Shown: positions 49,563-61,699 of the stretch, piece by piece
Position numbering within the stretch: position 1 is the first letter of the stretch
Layout: each line of letters starts with the position of its first letter
Origin: Selaginella moellendorffii
Lineage: Eukaryota; Plantae; Lycopodiophyta
Direction: 5' to 3'
Assembly: GCF_000143415.4 (NCBI RefSeq)
Contig: NW_003314318.1
Coordinates: 744,001 to 808,000, forward strand
Length of the DNA: 64,000 nt
Made by a program: the position numbers and the translations under genes
The notes under the pieces: generated by a model
Databases searched by the model: none
What the model saw: the letters and a program-made list of their open reading frames with translations, nothing else
What the model was told of the DNA's origin: nothing

Positions 49563-51146
49563 TCACGAAGATCCTATCGTTTGCTCCAGAGAACCTCTTT
49601 CTGGTGGTGTTGTTTTCTCTTCGAGCTTTGCGATTCTCTCCTGCCATGGTTTGCCGGGAATTAGCGTCATCACAAGCTTTTGTAGATTTAACCATACCCT
49701 GTGATATTCTTCCAGCCAGGTGTTGATCTTGGCCCAAGTTGCCGCTCGGCTTTCCTGTTTCTTCTTCTCAGACAGCTCGTCTGAAATGGCATACTTCCAA
49801 GCGTTCATGCAGCGCACGCAGCGAGCTCTGATACCACCAACCAAAAGAGACGTCTAAGTCTGAGCTGTACTTGTTAGAATCCGCGTACCTCTTTGCGTGG
49901 CCGATTGCGATTTGCTCTTTTAGAAAGAGCTCATTCCTGGAGGTCTTTGATGCCACTTTCCACTTGTTCCAAATCCATTCGCACAGGCGAATATGGTTAC
50001 AAATGGCGCTGGTTTCCTCGTAGAAACTTCTAGTTTCAACAGCCTGTTGCAATAGAATGTTAGCTTTGGACGCGTGTTCAGGACTAGCAGTACCTCTTTC
50101 AAGCCATAAAGACCTCTTTTCACCAGGTGGGAGCAGTAGAACTTTGTCATTTTCAGTGTCTTAAGCCACAAGCGCAGGCACAGAACTTGGCACCATCTCC
50201 CCCGAAACGTTCCGATTGTTTCTGCAGCCTCGTTCATCCTATCCGAGACACAGCTCCACCAGGCAGCAAACATCTTCCGCTCTAGAACCAATGAACAGTG
50301 CGTCCACGCCTTGTCCATCTTCGTTCTGTACAGACAGCGACCTTCTCATGTAACGCCAACCTATAGAACTTGTAGTTGCAATCATCCCACTTAGTTTTCC
50401 AGAGCGCCTACCTCTCGTTCCAAATCAGTCTCTTCCATGGCAGCATTCCGTAGTACACAAGTTTCTTCCGCGAGCAATGCAATGCTGCAAGCTCGAACTG
50501 CTGGCACCACAGCTCACGCTGTTTCTTCTTCTCTTCCTCTTTCTACCAATAAAGAAAACTCATCGATCATCAGATCCGAGCTTGCCAAAAACAATTGACC
50601 AACCTCGAGCCTTTGTTTCTCGGCCAGCTTCTTTTGCTCGACATAAGCTTTCCTCTGTAGCTTCTCCAGCTCCGCTTCTCTCAGCACCCTCGCTTTCAGC
50701 TCCATCTGAAAAGAAAGCAAACTCTTTGGAAGATGAGGAAAAACAAACGCAATGCTGACGTACTTCCTTTTGCCTTTTAGTGTTCTCATATCTCGCTCGA
50801 AGTTCTTCCCTCCGCCGGCGTCGTAGCTCGTCACGAGCAGCCATGGACTGTAGCGGCCCAAACGAGCACCTCGTTCCTGTCACACGAAACCACACGTTTA
50901 CGACAGAGACACACTCCCCTTCCATCTGGACTGCGATGAAATCGCCAGTGCCAGCAATCCAGGCGATATCTCCAGAGGAAAAGCAAGAAATCCATCCAAC
51001 ACGGCTGGATTATCAGGAAGCAAGACCTCCGAGCTGCTAGAGGACAATGCTGGACTCTAGAGAGGATCAAGATCGGATCGCCGCTTACCGGATGATCTGG
51101 TGGAGCTGCTGCACAGCGATGCCGCATCGTCTCCTCCACGATCCAT
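49563..51146 (-). CDS. Coiled-coil protein with Trp-punctuated Sfi1-like repeats (CCDC191-like); exon structure approximate
   Basis: Charged coiled coil (RRRREELRARYE), periodic F..W/W..W helices (KMFAAWW, WIWNKWK, CMNAWK) and C-terminal ATWAKINTWLEE. Confidence 0.5.
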
Positions 51147-51488
51147 GGCGATCGCGCCTCGCGCCCTCAAATTACCCTAGCCCGCCAATCCTAGTACCTA
51201 TAAAGGAATATAAACTTCCATAACGGACAGAAAATCCAGGAATGTTTTCTCTAACTGAAAAGGAATGGCCGATCGATCAATCGATGGATGGGAGCTTCCC
51301 AAAATTTCTCTGTGATCGATGGAGACGAAGAACAGCGTGAAACGAAAGAAGCCCTTTATTGGAGTGGATCAAACAACCAAAAGAGAGAGAATGTAGGTTC
51401 TATGAGAAGAAGAAGAAGAAAGAAGAATCATCTAAAAATCTTTGGGTGTGGAGGAGCTACTGCGAGGCCATTTGATCCTCGCAATCGA

Positions 51489-51737
51489 TCATCCGCTGTA
51501 AGGATCCTGCTGCAAGAGGCGCCGATTGGCGGAATCCATGCTGCGCGCCAGATTATCCATGACCTTCTCCTGCTGCTCCAGGGAGAGATCGTCGATCTCC
51601 TGGCCAAAGAAGGAGCTGCCGCCCGCCCCATCCAAGAGAGGCCGATGCGATTCAACCGGGGCGATCGCCGCGGACAAGATCATCCCCAAGAGGCAAGCCA
51701 CGAGCAGGAGCTTGGAGATTCCAGCTGGAGAAGCCAT
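51489..51737 (-). CDS. Small secreted peptide precursor (82 aa) ending MDSANRRLLQQDPYSG
   Basis: Signal peptide MASPAGISKLLLVACLLGMILSAAIAPVES, acidic prodomain and RRLL motif; probable 5'-UTR intron at about 51758-51808. Confidence 0.7.
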   Translation of the reverse strand: MASPAGISKLLLVACLLGMILSAAIAPVESHRPLLDGAGGSSFFGQEIDDLSLEQQEKVMDNLARSMDSANRRLLQQDPYSG

Positions 51738-52741
51738 CAAATCGTCGTGCTCTCCCTGCCAGGCGCACAAGAAAGACGAAGATTAGGTCAACTTGATCCA
51801 AGCCCTACCTGGTGTCCGGTCGAGAGGAAGAAGAAAAGGACAAAGAAGGGAGGGGAAGAACACGAGGAAAGAATGTAGGATCCACACAAGAACAGCGAGA
51901 TTGTCACAAACCTGCGCGCCTTCGAGCCGCGCGCCTGGATTATGGCGCGGCGGTGGATTGAGCTCCCGCGAGGAAGATGAAGATCGAGAAGATCAAAAGA
52001 ATGGATCGATCGAAAGAATCGAGAAGAGAGCTGGAGGAAGCCCTAGAGCAAATCTCTTGTTCTCTTTTTTCCCCCTCTTTTTTGTCGCTGAGGGCGCAAG
52101 CGAGAAACCTGAGAGGCGAAGTGTGGCCAAACAAAACAAACCAGAAGACAAAACGAGAAAAGAGCAGTTGCCAACGGCAGTTGCCATGCGCAAGTGAGAG
52201 CGCATCGCGGCCGTCGGGGTGCTGCCATCCACGGCCGCGCTCGCTCCACGCCACGCGGCGCGCGACGGTCGAGATCCCGCGTTACATCAACGTTTGGAAT
52301 GTGATAATCTTGGTCGCCAGTAAGAACGCCACCGTAAATTCGAACCGGGGACCGCCCAGAGAGACGTAAATAACCACAATGCTGCCAATCTGGTTAAGTA
52401 AAAGTCAAAACGTAATTCTACTAGCTCCTTGCACCTAGCACGCCATAGCTAGGGTTTCTAGGGTTTGCTGGGAAGAGGGAGGTGGGTGGGGCGGTGTGGC
52501 GGCTGTAAATGTGATCCTCTTGAGGGGAGATTCGCGGCGAAGATAGCAGCGGCTGTCGGCGCCGGAGGATCGTGAAATTTCAGGGGATCGATCGATCGTC
52601 GGCGCCGGCGAGCGGATGGGCGTCGGTGCTTCCAGAACTGGCGCTACATTTCGCGCAGGAGGTATTGGAATCATCGGTAGTGGGATATCTAGGCGCTGCA
52701 GTTCATGAAATCTTTGTGAGCCTTACTGCATTGGGGCTTGC

Positions 52742-55700
52742 ATGGGCGATCCTGAAGGCTGGCCACAGCCAAGCGGCCTTTTGCCTGACGGATCATCCTC
52801 CTTCGCGGCTCTATTCTCGTCTCTGGACGATGAGCGCTGGCTCCAGGCAGAGAACAGGACTGGCGAGCTCATCACACGCATTCAGCCCACCAAATTCTCC
52901 GAGGATCGGCGGCGGGCCGTCGCGGACTACGTGGAGCGTCTCATTCGCAAGTGCTTCGACTGTGAGGTGAGAATTCTCTTTGTTTTCCTTTTTTTCTTGT
53001 TTGTTTGCGGTACGTGGACACCAAGTTTCTAGCTCAGTGTGTGGGTCACTGTGTAGGTGTTTACATTCGGCTCGGTGCCATTGAGAACATACCTTCCGGA
53101 TGGGGATATCGACTTGACTGCTTTCAGTGGGCATCAGCACTTACAGGAATCATGGGCGAATGACGTCCGCGCTGTGCTTGAAGCGGAGGAACGCAGTAAG
53201 GATGCTGAATTTCGGGTGAAAGAGGTTCAGTACATCCAGGCCGAGGTAGTTTTCGTTTCTCTTCCTTTCTGTAGCGTGACGAATAGATGATAGCTTGCTA
53301 CCTGGCTTTGCAGGTGAAGATCATCAAGTGTCTGGTGGAGAACATTGTTGTCGACATTTCTTTTAATCAGTTGGGTGGTTTATGCACACTATGTTTTCTG
53401 GAGGAGGTATTAGTTCTAAACATGTTGCTCGTTTTCTAATCCTTCGTAACTTATCAGGTCGATCGGTTGATAGGCCGAGACCATTTGTTTAAACGCAGCA
53501 TTATACTTGTGAAGGCTTGGTGTTATTACGAAAGCCGCATTCTCGGAGCACATCATGGTTTGATATCCACATACGCATTAGAGACACTCGTGCTCTATAT
53601 ATTTCACGTATTCCATGCAAGTCTTCGCGGTCCCTTGGGGGTAAGTTATAACCATTCTATTGCCCGTTTAGTTTGAAGGGTGGCTGATGCAGGTACTGTA
53701 TCGTTTCTTGGAATTCTTTAGCAACTTCGACTGGGATAAATATTGTCTGAGTTTATGGGGACCTATTCCACTCTCGGCTCTTCCCGATATGCAAGGTAAC
53801 CTCTCTTTTCTGTTTTCTGGACGAGGTTTTAACCTTGTGCTGTTACAGCTGAACCACCGCGGAAAGATGGAGGACCTTTGCTACTTACTAAGCATTTCTT
53901 GGACTCCTGCAGCCGTGCATATGCAGTTATGCCCAACGGGAACATAAACGGGAGTATTGTCCAAAGCCGGGTCTTTGGTTCGAAGTACCTAAACGTGGTA
54001 GATCCTTTAAAAACTACCAATAATCTTGGCCGCAGCGTGAACAAAGGTTTGTTGCTAATGTAAGGTTTCTCTCCTGACAGTGTCTGTCATTGGACGAAAC
54101 AGGAAATTTCTACCGGATTCGCAATGCATTTGGTTTTGGCGCGCGTAAGCTAGCCCGTATTTTGGAATGCCCTCTAGAGGATGTAGCCGACGAGGTGGAT
54201 AAGTTCTTTTTGAACACGTGGGACAGGCATGGGAGCGGTAGGCGACCTGATGCTCCCGAGTTCATTGAGAGGATGTCTTCGCCGGATGAAAAGCTGTCCA
54301 GTGAAGGATCTCCCAGGGTTGTGGAGAAGGGTGTGTTAGAGGCGGAGAACGACCAGCAGGTTGATAAGAATGCAACAGCTGGTGAACTTATTCAGGAGCT
54401 GAATAATTACGCAGTACGCTCTCAACAAAATGATTATATTTCGGAGACAGGTGATAAGACGGGCGAAGTGGAGTGTTCGGACGACAGAAGGCCGATTTCG
54501 GAAGATAAGCTGCCCTATACAGATACTGTTCCCGCACCACCACCACCACCACCGCCGCCGCCGCCGCCTGGAGGATCATGGGCAGCGCTAAACCATGGGA
54601 CTTTTTCGTATCCGCATATAGCTCTACAAGGCGGCTCTCAGGTGTATTCTGGCTTAAGTCCTCCAACAGACGTCACAGTACCACCAAGTCCGAGCTCCGA
54701 AGCATCTAGTCCTGTGTATTCTCCACAACGGCCATCAACGTCTCTTGGTATACCGGTTGGGCATTTACTTTCTTCGACATACGATGCGGCCGTTTCAAGT
54801 AACATGCAGTCTCGGAAGCAAAGACCGGGGGACGGCCAAGTTCCTCCGTTTTACTATTCTCCATTCTCTTATGTACCTCTCTACAACTCGTACTACGTGT
54901 TGCCGCGCGAGGGTGGAGAGGGAGAAACACTGAACGAGATGCCACCAAATGCACTACACGAAGACGGCCAGGCGGGGCAGCACATGGTATTCGGTGTTGG
55001 GGAAAGGCTCAGTGCTGCTGGAATTCCTGTTAGTTCTGGTGATCCAGACGCAGACAGGTTGACAGATGGACATGGTGCTCAAGTTTGTCAGTCTGATCTC
55101 TTGAGCAGTGACTTCGCTAATCATCTTCGGAACTTGGACTACGGGCGAGCCTGCCAGACTGGTCCTATGTTCCTTCCGCAGCACGCATTTTTCCCCTTCG
55201 CTAAGGAGTTACAAGGTCATTACATCTGGGAAGGTCCTGGGAGACCTCATTCGAACGTCAACTTGAAGCATGGGCCGGGGTCTCCACGAATTCCTAGAAG
55301 ATCTTTTCCTGGACCTGTTGGCTTTAATGGAGACGCTCGCGCGGGCACCGGAACCTATCTTCCTGGGACGGTAATTGTCATAAACTACTTTTCAAACCTT
55401 GGTTCTGATTAAGTTGTGTCTTGCAGCGGCAGACTTACCGGGAAAGGCAGTACAGAGGCCAACATGATGGCTATCAAGAACGGGAGTGTGAAAGAGATGC
55501 ACCTCCTCGTTATCAGCGTAGTGTGGGCCGTGGTCAGAATAGTCGCATAGGACATGGGAAAGCAGGTGACAAAGGAGGATGGCATGACAGCTTTAACAGG
55601 AACGCAGTTCATGCAGCTCCAGTAACATTATCTTCTGGCAATCCGCCGGGGACACCGGAAGCTTATTCTCAGGTGTATATGAACGGCAATGGGAACACGT

Positions 55701-56055
55701 CGATTGTTGTATACCCGTCCAACGAACCGCTTGAGTTTGGGACGCTTGGGGCAGTGCAGGGCTCTGAGCTTGGGGCCGTTCGTGTGAGCTCTAAGGGGCA
55801 GCAGGCTGCGGGTCAAGATAGACAACAGCCGTCCTCCCCGAATGACCAGCAAAGGTACCAAAACGTTTTATCGATTATTGTGGCCACTGAAACTCGTTTT
55901 GCTACTTCAGGCAAAACCAGAGGGCTTACCAAATGAAAGAAGAGGACTTCCCACCTCTTTCTTTCAGAGCGCAGGGAGGGAATAGTTCCACGAGTGGTAA
56001 CGGGGCTGGCACTCGCAGTTCCCCGTATCAGACGTACGTTGCATCTCAGTCGTGA
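52742..56055 (+). CDS. Terminal nucleotidyltransferase (Pol-beta-like NTase plus PAP/OAS1 substrate-binding domain)
   Basis: FGSVPLRTYLPDGDID, HLFKRSIILVKAWCYYESRILGAHHGLISTYALE and LNVVDPL..NNLGRSV; C-terminal EEDFPPL. Confidence 0.94.
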
Positions 56056-56233
56056 GTTGGAGCGCACCAGAGCTAAGACTTGCTGTTTGTATATTTTACT
56101 ATAATTGTAGCTGCTTTTCTAATTGTAAACTGGGCTGTATTTGTTGAAGCTTTAGGCCCGACTTTTTTTTTCTCACTCGGACAACAAGTCGTATGTTTTT
56201 AATACTACTGCGTGTCGTGTATGAGCTAATGAC

Positions 56234-57331
56234 ATGGCAGGGGAAGTTCGGGGGAGACTTTTGGAGATGAAAACAGCCTTTCGGATCCGATCAGGTTCTG
56301 TACACTTTCGAAATTTTCTTTGCGAGACTAAGTTCTCTGTTCAGATATGAAGACGCTTACGGCGATAGATTGGGCTCTGAACCTGCTACATCTTTTCATT
56401 CTGGTACACGGATTTGTTTTCTTTTGTTGGGGGCTCGTTTATTGATTTCTTCAGCTACCTAGGTGTGCGGAGGCTTGATTGTTATAATGGTTCCGGTCAT
56501 ACAAGGAGGGAGTCCCAACTTTTCGCCTGGGTGGTCAGTTGCAGTGATGTAATTATTTGTTCTGGGAATCTAACTTCTTGTTTTGTTTGCGTAGGCTTCT
56601 TATAATTCTTGGAGGGGTAACGATTGTGGCTGGTGCTTCAGGCATAGGAAGGACAGTCGGTCCTTGCTTCTGGATAAATATCGTTTTCAATTGTTTTGCT
56701 GCTCTTGGATCCATCGTCTACTCGTTGGCCTCATTTTCGAACGTACGCATCACCTTGTCACTTTGGGCTCAGCTTCACTCGCTTGTCGCAGAGAGAGAAA
56801 GTGGCGAGAAGTTTTCGATCTAAGCGCTTTAGTGCGAATGAGGTACATGTTATTCACGAGCTTGGGCTTATCGTATCTTTTTATTGTAGGTGATTGTGAA
56901 TGTAGGTGGAGTCGTTTATTGGACGTGTTTCATGGGCGTTTTACTTCCTGGTCGTTGCCGAGGTTTGCAAACTATGTGGTATAGCCAAAGTTTGGCTAAC
57001 TAAATTGTCGCCCTGTGAAGGTGTTGGGGGTCTTCTTCGGGAGCCTGGCTCGCCAGCTTAAAAATTCGGAAGGACCGCAGGAGAGTTTTCAACGGCGATC
57101 TATTGCTCTTCAAAGATTGAGTGTCGACTTGTATGGGTTCCTTTGAGTTTTCTTTGGCTATTGATTCATGGGGTGTTGCTATTTCAGGGCCGCGAAGGAC
57201 GTCCGAAGAGCAAGCAAGAATGCGGATCGCATCGCCGAGAAAATGAAGGATAAATATGGGCAGTAAGCTTTATTTTTCTATCGGACATTTTCCCAGCCTT
57301 ACAATCTTGCTACAGATGGAGCCATGAGTAA
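56234..57331 (+). CDS. Tetraspanin/TOM2A-like membrane protein (many tiny exons; model approximate)
   Basis: Hydrophobic exons (LIILGGVTIVAGASGIG..CFWINIVF; VLGVFFGSL) and C-terminal EKMKDKYGQW, similar to the MREKYG tail of TOM2A-like proteins. Confidence 0.55.
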
Positions 57332-57369
57332 CCAGTGTTTTCTGTATAACTTGTGATGTGATCCAGCAT

Positions 57370-58050
57370 CGTTTTATTCTATTTCTTATTACCACCGAGG
57401 TAGGCTTCCTTTTGTCTATTTCGTACCCTTTAGCTTCATGGGAACAGGGAATGATTTATCTGTCCTGAAAGCCAACACACCATCAAAGACACCGTCGATG
57501 CGATCCATGGAACGGGATCAATGCTGATCACCACCTACACAGTTCCCTGGATACCGACGGATGTGAGCTAATCAGTCGACCAGAGGCGCACAGCCTCATT
57601 CTTTTACGTACCGTTTTCCCCGTTTTCCCTGGAGCGAATCGTGACTGTGTAAGACGTCTGGTGCGTGACTTCAGAGATGCAGCAAGACCACACCAGTGAG
57701 CATCCTTCCACAACTCGTACACCTTCTCCCAGAGCATCACGCAGACTTTGACGAACGGTGTGCCGTTCTTTGCCGATGAGAGCACCGAGATCCAGATCGG
57801 AGCCGAGGAGGAGCTCGGAAACCAGACACTGTATCCGAGGAGGCGCGCTTCCTTTGTTCGTGGCAGGTCCATAGGCGACTCCGATTCGCTCGCACTCGCC
57901 AGATCTAGCAGGTACGTCACGTTGAAGATTTGCCTGCTCCTCACAGCTTCTTCGACCACCAAAACCAAGGCCAGAGTGTTGCTTCCACGTACAGGAGAGG
58001 CCATTGGTCCCTTGAGAGCGATTGTGGTGACTGGATCGAACTGGTCTTCT
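57370..58050 (-). pseudogene. Truncated, internally deleted duplicate of the adjacent amaranthin-aerolysin gene
   Basis: Shares LVVEEAV.SRQIFNVTYLLDLASASE, GVPFFADESTEIQIGAE, the intron and the 3' end with 58290-59135, but has deletions and frameshifts. Confidence 0.85.
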
Positions 58051-58325
58051 TTCGAAAGTTTTAGTTTTAGATCGCCGTTCAAGGCAAAGATATATGCTCT
58101 AAATATTTTGTTTTAATAAATAAGTGTAAGGATAAAATCATAGGGTGGATGCAAAGTTGAGGGTATCCGATTTCGCGAACACCCTATAGTAAATCCATAC
58201 ATGCAAAATGCCAGATTCACCAACTTTTGTATGAATTCTAGGGGGATATTTTTCAGTGTTAGTACAGATTTATTTATGCGATTGTACGGATCTTTTATTT
58301 CTTATTATCACCAAGGTAGAGTGTT

Positions 58326-59904
58326 CTATTTTGTAACGTTCAGCTTCATGGGAACAGGGATGCGGTATGTCTTGGTACCGTCATATATCTCCGCATCAGT
58401 CCTGAAAGCCAGCACACCATCAAAGACACCGTCGATGCGATCCACAGGCTCACGCTCCACACCATTGAGCGACGTGTCCCTCGTCTTGTAGTGGAACGGG
58501 ACGGCCAGTTTCGCAGTGCTGATCACAACCTGCACAGTTCCCTGGATGGATAGCAGAGGATGTCAGTTAATCAATCGAGCAAAGGCGCACAGGCAGATTC
58601 TCATACGTACCGTTTTCCCTGGAGGAATCGTTACTTTGTAAGTCGTCTGATAAGCGACTTCCTCGGACAAAGTGTCGTCCCACTGGTTTCCAAACTCTTG
58701 CTCGGCTCCGATCTGGATCTCGGTGCTCTCGTCGGCAAAGAATGGCACACCGAGCGTCAAAGTCTGCGTGATGCTCTGGGAGAAGGTGAACGAGTTGTGG
58801 AAGGACCTGGTGTTGCTCACTGTGGTGGTCTTGCTCACGCTGATCTCCATCTCTGCAGGCTCACTGCCCTTGTTCGTGGCAGATCCATAGGCGACACCGA
58901 TTGGCTCCTCCTCGCTTGCACTCGCCAGATCTAGCAGGTAAGTCACGTTAAAGATTTGCCTGCTCATCACAGCTTCTTCGACCACGAGGTGGCTTGACGT
59001 TTCCTCGTAGTCGGATGCCTCAGCAAAGATCGCGTTCGGAGCGTTGGTGAAGGACGGGCTTCCACGCTTGCAGTAGAGGCCATTGGCACTCTTGAGAGCA
59101 ACTGTGGTGCTGTTCACTCGGACTGGATCGAACTGGCATTCAGGGTGGTCGGGAGTGTCACCGTCCGGTGTAATCCACTGGTCCGCCTTCCAGTAATTGT
59201 TTGAAGTCCAGGAGGCGGCTTGGTTGGATCGAAGAGCTATCTTGCCGTTCAGGAGATACTCCACCTGGTAAGGGGGCTGCGAATGGAAGCAAGCAGATGA
59301 AAGACGAAAACAGCAGTACCTGGTGGGTGGTAAGACGAACGTCAGCAGATTCTTCTGTGAGCACGAACGGATCCAGTATGACAGGGTAATCGACCAAGCA
59401 CGTGAGGTATTTGGCATTGCTACCTTTGAAACCCACGTACTCGGGCATGTTGACAACGTAGTAGGACGACTCCACCACTTCTACCATGGCAAAGATCTCA
59501 TTGGGCTCCTCGAGCAACGCGTGGTACTGGGTGTTGAAGCGCTTGAGGAAGAGACCGTCTTGGACGGAGGAGAGTGCCACCTTTCCTGGGGCGACCTCGG
59601 GTTGGAGCTTGAACCGGTTTGAGGCATCGGTGTCGCTGGGCGGGTTCTTGAGGTCGGCTACCACGGCAGAGGTGGAGGAGTGGCGGCGCCAGAAGTGCTT
59701 GTTGGCGGAGCAAATGACGAAGGAGGCGTTGGAATCATTGGCATTGTAGACCGCCTCATGTGTGGTGTATCGGGTGGTGGTGTCGGACTCGAATGCAAGG
59801 GTGCCATCGGACTTGAGCATGAGGTACTTACCATTGTCGGCTTTGAGAGAGAAGAAGCGGGGAAGCTTGAGCAATGGGGATTCTGGATTTGGGGTGTGAG
59901 CCAT
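58326..59904 (-). CDS. Amaranthin (agglutinin)-aerolysin-type pore-forming toxin-like protein (Hfr-2-like)
   Basis: Two agglutinin domains (LPRFFSLKADNGKYL; MPEYVGFKGSNAKYL..VALKSANGLYCKR), then a Ser/Thr-rich aerolysin/ETX-MTX2 domain (IPPGKT..VPFHY..IDGVFDGV); two introns. Confidence 0.88.
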
Positions 59905-60636
59905 TGTGAACAGGAGTAACTTGGGCTTAGATTGGGAGAGCTACTGCTATTTAGGGAGGATGATATGATCTCCGCTTAAATGCTCGTAGTAAGATGGTAT
60001 GTGTGCCTCAATTATTGCGAGATGACGTAACTTACTGTAGACATAGACAGGTTCGATATAAATAAAGGGAAGTCTTCACAGCTGTGAATTTTCTACTAGC
60101 TGTTGCTGAAATTGCCACCTTAGCTAGAGCTAGCGGCTGAGGCACATTGAAACACATGGGAGCTTTCGATTAAATTAAGAAAATTAAGTCCTCTTGAGCC
60201 TTTCTATCAGCCAAAGGGTTGCCCAAGAACAGGGGTTTCATCTCTTGGGGAATGGCATCAAAGAGCTCTCGAGCTTCATGCGTTTGGCCATTTCCTGCAA
60301 AGATGGGGAGCATGGTGCATCCAGAGGTAATGGCTGTTAAACCATACCTCCTAGATCAAAGGGAGCAATACAAATGGCTAATAAAGCTTGTCTAAAATCA
60401 ATACTAAGAAAAGTATATAAATATTTCACATGAACCAGCTTAAAAAAATACCTCATGAATCAAAGTGACAAATATCCCAAATATCTAATAAAGCTTGTCT
60501 AAAATCAGTACTAAGAGAAGTATATTTCACGAAGAGAAAACACAGTTTCAAGGTTCAGCTTCAACAAATACGAAGACCATCAGTACATAACATATCAATA
60601 CCGCCGAAGCTCTGATACATAACACAAGAATAAAAA

Positions 60637-61625
60637 TCAACCCCGGTATCTACAGAGCGACAGAGAGGTAAAAAGGTTATTTGTTTGAGACTTACGCCAT
60701 TCTTGAAGAGATTTCCTTTGGGCTGCATTGAGACGGATCCGTGGGCGGTGTCTCTTGATCAGGCTCTCGCCTTCCTTCCAGTCGCCCACCACGCCCAATG
60801 CCACCAGCAGCGCGCACGTAACAGCCACACTACGCCCATGACCTGTGCACGAACAACAAGCATCCAAATCGTCTAAGGCCCGCCCCGCCAGCCAAGATGA
60901 AAACTAAAGCACGCTCAATGCGCGCCGATAAAAATCCGAGGAAGAACGAGGGAAAGATCATCAATGCAGAGGAACAAAATGCCAATCGAAAGAATGCTGA
61001 AAGAAGACAATCAAAACATTGCTTTTCAACTAGGCCTAGCTATGGCAAAAGAAGAAAGAAAGAAAAAAGAGTGATGGGGAAGCCTACCTTTGGCACAGTG
61101 GATGAGAATGGGATGGTTCTGGGAGCGCTTGACGAGAGCCCAGCGCACGGCTAGCTCGATGCCCTCCGGCGATGGCGATCTGGTATCCCAGGCCGGGATG
61201 CACACATAGGGAAGCTCCAATCCCACCGTCCTGGGTAGCTCGTTGGTGCAATCCACGACCGCGGGATTGCCCGGAGGGATGTGATCGCGCTGGAATGGCC
61301 ACGCGCCCACGAACAATCCATCGCAAATCTCCGTGTAGGTGGCCTCGAGGCCCGCGCGCCGGCGGAATCGGACGTAGAGCCGCGTACCGGCGAGGTAGGG
61401 ATAGAAGAGGAGGGAGCTCCAGAGCGGGAAGGAGCCGTGCGAGGATTTGGCGAGAATGCGCGGATTGTTGATCCCCGGGTGGGAGAAGAGGGCTACAGTG
61501 AATCCGATCAGTGAAGTGTGGAGGAGAGGGAGGAGGAAGATCCGATGGCGGATGCTGCCGTGCAATGCCGCCCCCGCCGCGAGGATGAGAGCCGCGGGAA
61601 TGCCTACTGCTAGTGAAATTCCCAT
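60637..61625 (-). CDS. Dual-specificity phosphatase (YnbD-like, N-terminal transmembrane helices)
   Basis: VVDCTNELP and PAWDTRSP; the CX5R loop HCAKG|HGRS is split by an intron at about 60843-61088. Confidence 0.9.
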
Positions 61626-61699
61626 GAGCCCTAAGAAAAACCCTAAAGCCAGTTATGCTTGGCATATGCTCGCATTTATAATTAACTTTTAATAATAAT

